Assembly: GCA_007694005.1 (NCBI GenBank)
Contig: RECN01000071.1
Span: 189-64,188 of the forward strand
Source of the DNA: Spirochaetaceae bacterium
Lineage (GTDB): Bacteria; Spirochaetota; Spirochaetia; DSM-27196; SKKC01
Direction: 5' to 3'
DNA: 64,000 nucleotides
Part shown: positions 48,699 through 58,267 of the stretch, piece after piece
Layout of the letters: each line of letters opens with the position of its first letter
How positions within the stretch are numbered: position 1 is the stretch's first letter
The notes under the pieces: model-generated
What the model was told of the DNA's origin: nothing
Seen by the model: the letters and a program-made list of their open reading frames with translations, nothing else
Databases searched by the model: none
Translations under genes and position numbers: made by a program

Positions 48699-50024
48699 AT
48701 GAAAAAGCCCGAGGCAGGCGTCCTTGTGGTGGGGTGTGGAACGGTTGGTGGCGCGACCGTAGAGACCCTGCTCGGACAACCCGAAATCATACAGGCACGA
48801 AGCGGCGTATCGCTTCGCCTTACCGGTATCGTAAGCCGCACCTTCGCATCGGCGAGGCGGCACGGATTCCCCGAAACGCTGTTCCGCGAGAACCTTGAAT
48901 CCGCTCTCGAAGACCCCGATACGGACATCGTCGTCGAGACCGTCGGCGGTGTCGAAACCGGTGAGGCGATTATCCGCGCCGCGATTGCCGCCGGAAAACA
49001 CGTCGTTACCGCGAACAAGGCGTTGATCGCCGAGCGGGGAACGCAGCTCTTTGAAGCAGCCCGGAAGGCCGGGGTGACGATCGCATTTGAAGCGTCGTGC
49101 GCCGGTGGCATCCCCATTGTCAGAAGTCTGTACGACGGACTTACGGCAAACCGCATTGATGCCCTGTTCGGCATCGTCAACGGCACGAGCAACTACATCC
49201 TCAGCCGCATGGTTCAGGAGGGATCGAGTTACCGGGAGGCGCTCGCCGAGGCACAGCGGGAGGGCTACGCGGAAGCAGACCCGACCCTCGACGTGGACGG
49301 AACCGACAGCGTCCACAAGCTCGCTATTCTCTCGCGGCTCGCATTCGGTGTGGCCTGCCACCCGGACGACATTCCGACGGTGGGTATCGACAGTCTGAAT
49401 AGCGAAGATATCGCACACGCCGCGCGCCTCGGCTACGTGGTAAAGCTACTCGCGGTAGCACAACGCCACGACGACGGGGTAAGCCTCTTCGTGCGACCTG
49501 CGTTTATCTCGCGCGAACATCCGCTCGCCTGGGTCTCGGGTCCGTTCAACGCGGTCAGTGTCTACGGAACGGTCACCGGACACACCATGTACTACGGCCG
49601 TGGAGCCGGCGGCGCCCCGACGGCGGGGAGCATAATCGCGGATCTCGTATCCATAGCCCGCGGAACCTACGCCCCGATCTTCGAGCACTCCTGCGCCTGG
49701 GACAGCCACGATACCGTAGCGGTCGTTCCTGCCGACCGGCTCGCGCACCGCTATTACCTGAGGATGCTCGTGGATGACACACCGGGGACACTCGCCCGCA
49801 TCACGAAGATACTTTCTGACCACGAGATATCCATAGCGAGCGTCATGCAGGCCGAGTCGGATGAGAGTACCCCCCCGAAACCTGTGCAGGTTGTCATTAC
49901 GCTGCACCGTACCGAGGAATCGAAGCTCAGTGCGCCTCTGGAAAAAATCGCGGCGCTCGACGCGGTCAAACAGGCACCGAGCCCGATCACGATTATTGAT
50001 GAACACCCTGAACAGGTCCCATGA
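48699..50024 (+). CDS. hom: homoserine dehydrogenase with ACT domain
   Basis: GCGTVGG, VTANKA, EASCAGGIP, NGTSNYIL and GYAEADP motifs; promoter TTGACG-17-TAGCAT at 48661-48689. Confidence 0.94.
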   Translation: MKKPEAGVLVVGCGTVGGATVETLLGQPEIIQARSGVSLRLTGIVSRTFASARRHGFPETLFRENLESALEDPDTDIVVETVGGVETGEAIIRAAIAAGKHVVTANKALIAERGTQLFEAARKAGVTIAFEASCAGGIPIVRSLYDGLTANRIDALFGIVNGTSNYILSRMVQEGSSYREALAEAQREGYAEADPTLDVDGTDSVHKLAILSRLAFGVACHPDDIPTVGIDSLNSEDIAHAARLGYVVKLLAVAQRHDDGVSLFVRPAFISREHPLAWVSGPFNAVSVYGTVTGHTMYYGRGAGGAPTAGSIIADLVSIARGTYAPIFEHSCAWDSHDTVAVVPADRLAHRYYLRMLVDDTPGTLARITKILSDHEISIASVMQAESDESTPPKPVQVVITLHRTEESKLSAPLEKIAALDAVKQAPSPITIIDEHPEQVP

Positions 50025-50095
50025 CTATCACCCTTACCTGGTGCACATCTACGCACCTGGTCTGATACACTCGGCTTGAGGTATAGTACTAGCGT

Positions 50096-50569
50096 ATGAA
50101 CACACGGAACGCACGACGGACCGCCCTTGCATGGGCGACAGTTATTTTCATCTTTGGATGTGCAACCGTTCCAACGGATATTCCCGAGGATCTCACTGCA
50201 CCTGAGCTTTTTCAGAGAGCCCAGGAAGCGATCGATCAGAGCAACTTTCGCGCGGCCGACGTCTACTACCAGACGGCACTGGACCGGTTCGGCGACAGTC
50301 CCGATGTTGCGGTCGTCGCCGAGTACGAGCTCGGGTTCCTGCGTTATCGACAGGGAGACCTCGAAGGCGCACGACCATACTTTGAAGCGGTCCTGCGACG
50401 CTACGAGGGGTCTTCTCAGGCTCAGGCGCAGCTCCCGCCCTGGCCCCCGGTGCTGTCGCAGCGCTTTCTCGATCGCATCGAGGCAGGCGAAGGCCCTGAC
50501 TTTGATCCTCCACCGGGAGGCTCAGAACCACCGTCAGCCGCTCCGGGCGCGTCGCCGGATCTGCCATAG
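50096..50569 (+). CDS. TPR lipoprotein (BamD-like fold)
   Basis: Lipobox IFG-C; two TPR-like helical pairs; Pro-rich tail. Confidence 0.7.
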   Translation: MNTRNARRTALAWATVIFIFGCATVPTDIPEDLTAPELFQRAQEAIDQSNFRAADVYYQTALDRFGDSPDVAVVAEYELGFLRYRQGDLEGARPYFEAVLRRYEGSSQAQAQLPPWPPVLSQRFLDRIEAGEGPDFDPPPGGSEPPSAAPGASPDLP

Positions 50570-50576
50570 CCCGTCG

Positions 50577-51809
50577 TTATCGCTGGCGGTCCGGTGGTAA
50601 CAGTATGGTGTGTATCCTCACCTCGTGCTCAGCCGCCGCTATCACGACACTCTCGAAGGTGATGTTTCCCCGCGGGCGCGGATGCGGCGGGGCGTCTCCA
50701 ATCAGCACGATATGGCGTTCTTCCGTGGCCCAGTCATAGCCGTGAATCGCCGCGTAGAGCGCTTCGTGCACCGCCTCGGGTATATCCCCACCTCCGCCTA
50801 CCGAAACATTTTCGAGTATTGCCCGTATTGATTCGGCATCGTGCTCGAAGGGAAGAACCCGGTTCAGATACACCGAAAAGTAGTCCTTGAACAGCGTTAT
50901 ACCGACCGCCAGGTCGGGGATGCGCTCGTACAGCGCGTCCACTGCAGTCGGAAGCTGTTCCCGTATGGTATCGACCCATATTCCCATGCTGCCGGTGGTA
51001 TCGATTACGAGTACGACTTCGGCAGCCGGGCCGGCATCTTCAATCGGGTCGAGAACCGCGCCAATGAGATCATCGGCTTCGAGTACATAGCGTTCGTCCC
51101 CGTCGGTCGCGCGCGCGAGACGACGGAACTCACGGATCGCGTCTTCATCGAGACGATCGTCGTCGGGGCGGGCCTCGACGATACGCTCACGCACCTCGGG
51201 CTCGGGTTCAACGACAGGCTCAGGTTCAGGCTCCGGTTCGGGTTCGGGTTCAACGACCGGTTCCGGCTCGGGTTCCGGCTCTGGCGGGCGTTCCAGAAAA
51301 GAGACCCGCATGCGAAAGGGGTTGTCCCGGAACGCGCCGCTATAGTCACCGTAGGGGAGCGCGAAGGTGCGCACGCTGAGCCAGGTTCCGTCCCCGACGC
51401 TGATGCTGCCCTCACGCGACCAGGGATAGCCGTAGACGACCGTTTCGGGTATGAACAGCTCGAAAGCCTCTCCGAGACGTTCGTGCGGGCGTATCGAGGA
51501 CGAAATGATCGATTTCGCGGTGTTTGCCTCGTTCAGCACGTCGCCGTTGAGCAGTCGCTGTTCGCCTGCGAGCAGCGGATGCTCAACCGGGCTTCGAAGC
51601 GCGAAAGAAGCGGCCTGGCGCGCCGGGTCTTCGGTTGACTCGGTCAACAGTACCGAGCCTATGTCGGGCAACGCGCGAACCGAGAGAATGTAGCCCCCCT
51701 CAGTCATGCGGATAGCAAGGTCGGCACCGGTGAGCTCGAGATCTGCTGCCGAAACTGCATACGTTGACAGGAGCGCGAAAAGCGCTACAAGACCTGGTCT
51801 GATACGCAT
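50577..51809 (-). CDS. exported vWA-domain protein with Pro-Glu linker
   Basis: Signal peptide; (PE)n linker; MIDAS-like DTTGSM, GGGDIPEA and IGDAPPH. Confidence 0.85.
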   Translation of the reverse strand: MRIRPGLVALFALLSTYAVSAADLELTGADLAIRMTEGGYILSVRALPDIGSVLLTESTEDPARQAASFALRSPVEHPLLAGEQRLLNGDVLNEANTAKSIISSSIRPHERLGEAFELFIPETVVYGYPWSREGSISVGDGTWLSVRTFALPYGDYSGAFRDNPFRMRVSFLERPPEPEPEPEPVVEPEPEPEPEPEPVVEPEPEVRERIVEARPDDDRLDEDAIREFRRLARATDGDERYVLEADDLIGAVLDPIEDAGPAAEVVLVIDTTGSMGIWVDTIREQLPTAVDALYERIPDLAVGITLFKDYFSVYLNRVLPFEHDAESIRAILENVSVGGGGDIPEAVHEALYAAIHGYDWATEERHIVLIGDAPPHPRPRGNITFESVVIAAAEHEVRIHTILLPPDRQR

Positions 51810-51866
51810 GTATAGATTTTCGGCAGATATGCGTCGGGCCTTACTGTCCTCAACCGTGGTGATGAA

Positions 51867-52346
51867 TCACTCTATGGTCGCCGGAAGCCAGGATCCTCGA
51901 TCTCCGGGTAGCGCGTCGCGGAAAAAGTCGAAATCAGCGAGAAACGACGGCAGAATTCGGCACAGATCCACCGCAACATCGGTATCCCAGGCGAAAATGA
52001 GCGTTTCACCGCCGTGTTCGAGCACACGCACCTGCAGATCCGGATCCTCAAGCACCCGCAGAACCCGCGTTCCGCACTGTACGGTCGCAGCGTCTTCCGG
52101 CAGTGGCAGCCCGGCTTCAGTGTAGTAGACAATGAGATCGACACCGGCAAGCTCGTAGCGCGCACGGAGGTAGGGCACGGGCACGGCCGGAAAGAGTTCA
52201 ATCCCGACGATGCGCCGCGGTGCCTCCACGAGCACACCCGTTGCAGCCGAGGCGGGAAGCACCGCCAGCAGGGACAGCAGGACCGCTATCCGGGCCCGCT
52301 TACTCCACGGTGACGCTTTTGGCAAGATTCCTGGGCTGGTCAACAT
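51867..52346 (-). CDS. hypothetical exported protein
   Basis: Signal-peptide-like RARIAVLLSLLAVLPASA; fills the glmS-vWA gap; start uncertain. Confidence 0.55.
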   Translation of the reverse strand: MLTSPGILPKASPWSKRARIAVLLSLLAVLPASAATGVLVEAPRRIVGIELFPAVPVPYLRARYELAGVDLIVYYTEAGLPLPEDAATVQCGTRVLRVLEDPDLQVRVLEHGGETLIFAWDTDVAVDLCRILPSFLADFDFFRDALPGDRGSWLPATIE

Positions 52347-54126
52347 CACGGCCGAGCTCGAGGGCGGTATAGTAGGCGAAGAGCTGAAGCGGGACAACCG
52401 TCAGGTAGGGGTACAGCAGCTCGTGTGTCTTCGGAACAAACATCACGTCGTCGACGATGTCAGCGAGCTCGTTGTCTCCGTCGACTCCGAGGGCGATCAC
52501 CTTCCCGTTTCTCGCCTTCACTTCCTTCATGTTCGAAATAACCTTATCCCGCAGGCCGTCGTTGGGGACTATGAACAGACTCGGTGTTTCCTCGTTGATT
52601 AGCGCAATGGGCCCGTGCTTGATCTCCGCGGCGCTGTAGCCCTCCGCGTGAATATAACTGATTTCCTTGAGCTTCAGCGCCCCTTCGAGGGCCACGGGAT
52701 AGTTAATACCGCGACCGAGAAAGAGGAAGTTTTTCGCCTGAGCGTATTTCTTGGCGAGTTCCTGTACGTGCTCCGTGCGGGTCAGGACTTCCTGAACCAG
52801 ATCGGGAATCCGCTCGAGATCGTGCATGAAGCGAAGCCCCGCCTCATAGCTCATGTGCCGCATGCGGGCGAGCAGCAGGGTAAACAGATACAGGGCGCTG
52901 AGCTGACTCGTAAAGGCCTTGGTGGACGCCACGGCGATCTCGGGACCCGAGTGTATGTAGACACCTCCGTCGCTCTCCCTGGGTATGGTCGAACCGACCA
53001 CGTTACAGATTCCAAGCACCCGCGCACCCTTGCGCTGGAGCTCGCGCATGGCATACAGCGTGTCGGCGGTCTCTCCGCTCTGGCTGACGGCAAAATACAC
53101 GTTGTTGCGTTCGACAATCGGGTTGCGGTAACGAAGTTCACTCGCGAGCTCGCTGCCGGCGGGAACCCGCGCGAGGCTCTCGAGCGCGTACGCGGCGACG
53201 AGGCCGGCGTGGTAGCTTGTCCCGGCCGCGATAATCTTGACCCGCTCAATGTCGAGCAGCTCCCGGCTGGTCATGTTCAGGCCGCCGAGGTGGGCCGTCG
53301 CGTTCTCCGGCTCAAGCCTGCCCTGAATAGCCCGCAGGATACTCTCGGGCTGCTCGAAGATCTCTTTCTGCATGTAATGGTCGTAGCCGTTCTTCTCGAT
53401 TTCCTCGATCTGCCAGCCTATGACCTGAAGCTCGCGGTCTATGGGCTTGTCGCGAAGGTCTGTGGTGCGATGACCGTCTGCGGTCATCCGCACTACTTCG
53501 CCGTCTTCTATGTAGAGAACCTGCTTCGTGTGTTCTACAAGCGCGGTGACGTCGCTTGCGATAAGCATCTCACCGTCTCCGACACCGACCACCAGCGGGG
53601 AGCCGTTGCGCGCACCGACGATCACGCCGGGTTCATTGACGTGCATTGCGAGCATCCCGTAGGTGCCCTTCAGCAGGGATACAGCGTGTTTCACCGAGCG
53701 TTCGAGGTCTCCGTCGTACAGGTCCGAGAGAAGATGCGCTATGACCTCGCTGTCGGTCTCCGAGACAAAGATGTAGCCTTTTCCCTGGAGTCGCTGCTTG
53801 AGCGCGCTGTAGTTCTCGATGATGCCGTTATGTACAATGGAGACAGAAGCCGCCGCATCGGTATGCGGGTGTGCGTTGCGATCGGAAACCTCGCCGTGTG
53901 TCGCCCAGCGGGTATGCCCGATACCGGTGCCTCCGGGCAGTTCGGCAGGAACCGCCTTACGCAGGTCCAGGATCTTGCCTTTTTTCTTGACAATCCGGTG
54001 TCGCCCGTCGGGGCCGAGCACACTGATTCCTGCGGAGTCATACCCCCGGTACTCAAGCCGTTTCAGTCCCTCGATGAGAATGGGGGCAGCAACCTTGGGT
54101 CCGCAATAACCGATAATTCCACACAT
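52300..54126 (-). CDS. glmS: glutamine--fructose-6-phosphate aminotransferase
   Basis: MCGI, HTRWATHG, SQSGETAD and PRNLAKSVTVE motifs. Confidence 0.98.
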   Translation of the reverse strand: MCGIIGYCGPKVAAPILIEGLKRLEYRGYDSAGISVLGPDGRHRIVKKKGKILDLRKAVPAELPGGTGIGHTRWATHGEVSDRNAHPHTDAAASVSIVHNGIIENYSALKQRLQGKGYIFVSETDSEVIAHLLSDLYDGDLERSVKHAVSLLKGTYGMLAMHVNEPGVIVGARNGSPLVVGVGDGEMLIASDVTALVEHTKQVLYIEDGEVVRMTADGHRTTDLRDKPIDRELQVIGWQIEEIEKNGYDHYMQKEIFEQPESILRAIQGRLEPENATAHLGGLNMTSRELLDIERVKIIAAGTSYHAGLVAAYALESLARVPAGSELASELRYRNPIVERNNVYFAVSQSGETADTLYAMRELQRKGARVLGICNVVGSTIPRESDGGVYIHSGPEIAVASTKAFTSQLSALYLFTLLLARMRHMSYEAGLRFMHDLERIPDLVQEVLTRTEHVQELAKKYAQAKNFLFLGRGINYPVALEGALKLKEISYIHAEGYSAAEIKHGPIALINEETPSLFIVPNDGLRDKVISNMKEVKARNGKVIALGVDGDNELADIVDDVMFVPKTHELLYPYLTVVPLQLFAYYTALELGRDVDQPRNLAKSVTVE

Positions 54127-54150
54127 ATCTGACTCCCGAGTTTATCTGTA

Positions 54151-54768
54151 TCAGCTGCCGAGGCCCGCTTCGTGACGAAGCGCTGTCTGATTCTCAAGAT
54201 GGATGGTCTGTTCATCCTCGCTGAAAATCAGTGCGGCTACGAACTGCTTAAGTACATTCTCGACTATATCACGGTCGACCCCAAGGTTCCCGGCCACATC
54301 CTGTATCGTCTGCGCGCGGTCCATGGTGAGCTCATCCGGACTCTCAAGAGACCAGACGTAGAGGGTCAACGCGATCATGCGCCTGAAGTTGGCATTCACC
54401 ATGGTGTCGATGCGATCGTTCGCCCCCTGCAGGCGCCTGCAGAGTTTATCTATGACATTCATGGCTATCTTGTTGTTCTTGGAGATGAGCCCCAGAAAGC
54501 CCTGCCGGTCAAAGGCGAGCAACTGAACCTCGTCGACAGCCTTTGCGCTTGCGGTTCGTTTTACCCAGCTGACAATGGCCATTTCACCGAAAAACTCTCC
54601 CCGCCCGAGCTGCGCGAGCTCCACCTGGCGGCCGCTGATGCGCTTGGTAATGCTTACCGTGCCGGACTGCACAATGAACATGAGCGTGCCGTCTTCGCCC
54701 TCGTCGAAAATGGTCTCTCCCGGGGTAAAAGACTGTCCGTACTGCTCAAATAATGATGACCCGGCCAT
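54151..54768 (-). CDS. Crp/Fnr-family cNMP-binding protein
   Basis: FFGEMAI...RTASA cNMP cassette; C-terminal HTH-like region. Confidence 0.85.
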   Translation of the reverse strand: MAGSSLFEQYGQSFTPGETIFDEGEDGTLMFIVQSGTVSITKRISGRQVELAQLGRGEFFGEMAIVSWVKRTASAKAVDEVQLLAFDRQGFLGLISKNNKIAMNVIDKLCRRLQGANDRIDTMVNANFRRMIALTLYVWSLESPDELTMDRAQTIQDVAGNLGVDRDIVENVLKQFVAALIFSEDEQTIHLENQTALRHEAGLGS

Positions 54769-54850
54769 GTGCGGTCACTCCCGTGATGCATTTATTCCAA
54801 TCAGAACGGCGCGTGTGCGCGTATTACTCTGTACAAGGAGAACTGTGCGT

Positions 54851-55930
54851 ATGATGCCACGGATCATCCGTTTCCGACAACGCTCTGTTTTAGCGCCTGC
54901 CCTCTGTGCCCTGCTCGCTGTCGCGTGCTCGCCCCCGCGGGATCTGAGACCCGACCTGAACCTGGATGTCTGGCCCCCGCGACTATTTTCGGTCGCCATG
55001 GCGGCTCCGCAGGAACTCGTCCTTGAGTTCGACAAGCCGGTGACCGTCGTCGCCGACTCGCTCGCAGTCGAGCTGTTCGATGAAACCTCGGACAACACGG
55101 ATGATGATGCACCCGGCATACGCGTCGCACTCGACGGTGAATCGCAGGTGCGCCTCGCCTTTGACCGGCCGACCCGCCCCGGGATCCGCTATTCGGTCGG
55201 TGCGGCGGTTGAGGACACGCGCGGCAACAGCCTGCAGCTGGTAGCCTTTGCCTACGGCTATAACGACCGCGTTCCGCAGCTTCAGATCAACGAGTTCATA
55301 ACGCGGCGCAGTGCAAACCATCCGGAGATGGCCGAAGTCCTCGTTCTCTCCGACGGAAACCTCGGCGGACTCACGGTGACCAACGGTACGAAGAGCGACT
55401 ACATAGACCGATTCATCTTCCCGTCGGTCGAAGTCAGTGCGGGTGAGTTCATCCTTCTGCATTTCCGTCCCGAAGGCGCGGAACACGAGATATCCGAGTT
55501 CGGAGACGAAATCGACCTTTCAGGAGGACTGAATGCACAGGATCACGCGCGGGATATCTGGATACCCGGTGCGGCAGGGCTCCCGGGGAACAACGGCGTG
55601 CTCGCAATCTGGGAACACCCGGCCGGACCGCCGATCGATGCGGTGGCGTGGACAAACCGCACCTCAGCGAGTGATGAGCGCTACAGAGGTTTCGGGAGCG
55701 CCCGAATGGAAAGCCGGGTGCAGGAACTCGTTGACACCGGAGCGTGGGTCATAGAGGGCGTACGCCCGCGTCCTGAGGATCTTATCTGGATAGACTATTC
55801 AACGGCGACGCGAAGCATGAATCGAAGCCCCGGAGCGGCTAACACACGCTCCGCGACTGACTGGCATACCGCGCCGACGAGGGGATCAAGCTGGGGAGAA
55901 GAAAACACGACTGAGGTGCACATGCCCTGA
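54851..55930 (+). CDS. hypothetical lipoprotein with Ig-like and lamin-tail-like regions
   Basis: Lipobox LAVA-C; LQINEF...E pattern; AAGGAG upstream. Confidence 0.65.
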   Translation: MMPRIIRFRQRSVLAPALCALLAVACSPPRDLRPDLNLDVWPPRLFSVAMAAPQELVLEFDKPVTVVADSLAVELFDETSDNTDDDAPGIRVALDGESQVRLAFDRPTRPGIRYSVGAAVEDTRGNSLQLVAFAYGYNDRVPQLQINEFITRRSANHPEMAEVLVLSDGNLGGLTVTNGTKSDYIDRFIFPSVEVSAGEFILLHFRPEGAEHEISEFGDEIDLSGGLNAQDHARDIWIPGAAGLPGNNGVLAIWEHPAGPPIDAVAWTNRTSASDERYRGFGSARMESRVQELVDTGAWVIEGVRPRPEDLIWIDYSTATRSMNRSPGAANTRSATDWHTAPTRGSSWGEENTTEVHMP

Positions 55931-55931
55931 A

Positions 55932-56249
55932 CTAAAGAACGGACTTGAGCATGTCCTCTATCTGTGGCCTCGGAACCGCACCAACCTGCTGCTTGACGAC
56001 TTCGCCGTCTTTCATGAGCAGAAGAGTAGGTATACTGACGATGTTGTACTTGCTCGCAAGCTCCTGCTGCGAATCCACATCGACCTTTCCTATCGTGAGC
56101 TTGCCCTCGTATTCTTTGGCAAGTTCTTCGAGCACCGGGGCAACCATCTTGCAGGGCATGCACCAGTCGGCCCAGAAATCGAGCAGAACGGGTACGTCCG
56201 AGTTCGCGACTTCGTCTTCAAAATTGTCTTTGGTTACTGTTACTTCCAT
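55932..56249 (-). CDS. trxA: thioredoxin
   Basis: DFWADWCMPC and SIPT motifs; GGAG RBS. Confidence 0.92.
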   Translation of the reverse strand: MEVTVTKDNFEDEVANSDVPVLLDFWADWCMPCKMVAPVLEELAKEYEGKLTIGKVDVDSQQELASKYNIVSIPTLLLMKDGEVVKQQVGAVPRPQIEDMLKSVL

Positions 56250-56297
56250 GATCTCTCCATTGTACTGCTTTGCCGCCCGACCATCAATCAAACGCGC

Positions 56298-57047
56298 TCA
56301 TTTCCTTCCCAGAAGCGACTCAGCCCGCTCTTTTACCGCCTCGTAGACGCCGCCACCCGACGCCGCGGCTATCGTCCGTACGAAGGCGCTCCCGACAACC
56401 GCTGCCTCACAGTGCGGTGCGAGGGCCTGCACCTGTTCTGCGTCCTGTATGCCGAAACCCGCGAAGATCTTCGTGCCCGAAGCTCCAAGCTTCTCGAGGA
56501 AGCCCATGTTCAACGCTCCGAGCTCGGTGCGACTCCCGGTCGTCCCGGTCCGAAGCGCCACGTAGGTGTACTCAGGCCGTGTCGACAGCGCGAGGTCCAC
56601 GCGCGTATCGGTCGAGGTCGCCACGAGCACCGGCACACAGGCTATCCCTGCGTCGCGGCAGGCCGTGTACAGGCCTTCGTCGTAATCCGGCGGCAGGTCG
56701 GGAACAATGAGCCCTGCCACTCCGTGTTCCTGCGCACGCGCGACGAAGGCCTGTACCCCCGGTCGGTATATCAGGCTCGCGTAGCTCATGAGAAAGATCG
56801 GAATGTCGGTGAAGCTTCTGATCTCGTCGAGGAAGGCAAAGCCGTCGGCCACGGTAAAACCGGCTTCAAGCGCGTCGCTGCACGCAGCCTGTATCGCCGG
56901 CCCGTCGGCGGTCGGATCGGAGAAGGGAAACTGCACCTCGAGGTAGGAAACGCCAGCGTCGACGAGTCCCCGGACCGCGTCCATGCTCTGCGCACGGTCG
57001 GGATACCAGGGAATGACGTGTGCCATGATCCGTGTCGTGTCACTCAT
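56298..57047 (-). CDS. trpA: tryptophan synthase alpha chain
   Basis: EVQFPFSDPTADGP, PDLP and GFGI motifs. Confidence 0.95.
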   Translation of the reverse strand: MSDTTRIMAHVIPWYPDRAQSMDAVRGLVDAGVSYLEVQFPFSDPTADGPAIQAACSDALEAGFTVADGFAFLDEIRSFTDIPIFLMSYASLIYRPGVQAFVARAQEHGVAGLIVPDLPPDYDEGLYTACRDAGIACVPVLVATSTDTRVDLALSTRPEYTYVALRTGTTGSRTELGALNMGFLEKLGASGTKIFAGFGIQDAEQVQALAPHCEAAVVGSAFVRTIAAASGGGVYEAVKERAESLLGRK

Positions 57048-58267
57048 AGACTCTCAACCTCCCGGGTCAGAAACTCTTTCCAGCGCTCTGCGTCCAGTTC
57101 ACGCGCGGTAATAAAGAGGTCCTTGTCTCCCCGTCCACTCATGTTGATGACGACCGCGTCGTCGGGCGTAAGCTCCTTCGCGCGCTTTATGGCCACCATG
57201 CCCGCGTGTGCGCTTTCCAGCGCGAATATCACGCCTTCCTTCCGCGCGAAGTACTGAAGCCCCTCGAGCGCCTCGGCGTCGGTCGCCCGCTCAAAACGCA
57301 CGCGACCGGTCTGCCCGAGATGCGCGAGCTGCGGCCCGACCCCGGGATAGTCGAGGCCTGCGCTCACCGAATGCGTCGGCATGACCTGCCCGTCGTTGTC
57401 AAGGAGAAAGAGACTGCGGTAGCCCTGAACGATGCCCGGTGTGCCGAGGCCGTTCATGCGCGCGGCGTGATCGCCCTGTGCAGGCCCCCGTCCGCCTGCT
57501 TCCACGCCGATGAGTTCGGGTTCGCTCTGATCGATGTAAGGAGAGAAGAAGCCCATGGCGTTTGATCCGCCTCCGACACAGGTCACGAGCGTCGTCGGCC
57601 GCACACCGAGGTCTGAAAGCTGCGACACGACTTCTGTTCCTATTACGCTCTGAAACTCCCTGACCATGTCGGGAAATGGACTCGGGCCGAGGGCGCTTCC
57701 AAGCAGGTAGTGTGTGTCGGCGAAGTTGGCCGACCAGTCGCGCATGGCCTCGTTTACCGCGTCCTTGAGCGTGCGGGCGCCCGATGTTACCGGGACGACT
57801 TCTGCTCCGTACATCTCCATCCAGAACACGTTGGGTTTCTGACGCCGCATGTCGACTTCACCCATGTAGACCCGGCACTGCAGCCCGAGCTTCGCACAGA
57901 CTGCCGCGGTTGCCACTCCGTGCTGCCCGGCGCCGGTCTCGGCGATGATGCGGGGTTTACCCATGCGTTTTGCGAGAAGCGCCTGCCCGAGCGCGTTGTT
58001 GATCTTGTGGGCGCCTGTTGCAGCGAGCCCTTCGAGCTTGATGTAGACCTGCGCGCCTCCCACGTCCCGGGTCACGTTCTCCGCGTGCAGAAGCGGCGTC
58101 GGTCGCCCGACGTAGCTCGCGAGCAGACGATGAAACTCGCTCATGAAGGCCTCGTCCGACAGCGCCTCGACGAAGGCACCCTCGAGCTCGTCGAGCGGCG
58201 AACGAAGCACCTCTGCTACGTAGCGGCCCCCGAACTCGCCGAAAAAGTCGTTGTACAACTGCTTCAT
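57044..58267 (-). CDS. trpB: tryptophan synthase beta chain
   Basis: GAHKINN, ETGAGQHG, GGGSN and SGRGDKD motifs. Confidence 0.97.
   Translation of the reverse strand: MKQLYNDFFGEFGGRYVAEVLRSPLDELEGAFVEALSDEAFMSEFHRLLASYVGRPTPLLHAENVTRDVGGAQVYIKLEGLAATGAHKINNALGQALLAKRMGKPRIIAETGAGQHGVATAAVCAKLGLQCRVYMGEVDMRRQKPNVFWMEMYGAEVVPVTSGARTLKDAVNEAMRDWSANFADTHYLLGSALGPSPFPDMVREFQSVIGTEVVSQLSDLGVRPTTLVTCVGGGSNAMGFFSPYIDQSEPELIGVEAGGRGPAQGDHAARMNGLGTPGIVQGYRSLFLLDNDGQVMPTHSVSAGLDYPGVGPQLAHLGQTGRVRFERATDAEALEGLQYFARKEGVIFALESAHAGMVAIKRAKELTPDDAVVINMSGRGDKDLFITARELDAERWKEFLTREVESL

Noticed and set aside
54127-54150. glmS ribozyme
   Set aside because: Only 24 nt separate glmS from the upstream Crp-like gene.
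55932-56249. Thioredoxin active site WCMPC rather than WCGPC
   Set aside because: CxPC variants are common and the rest of the protein is canonical.
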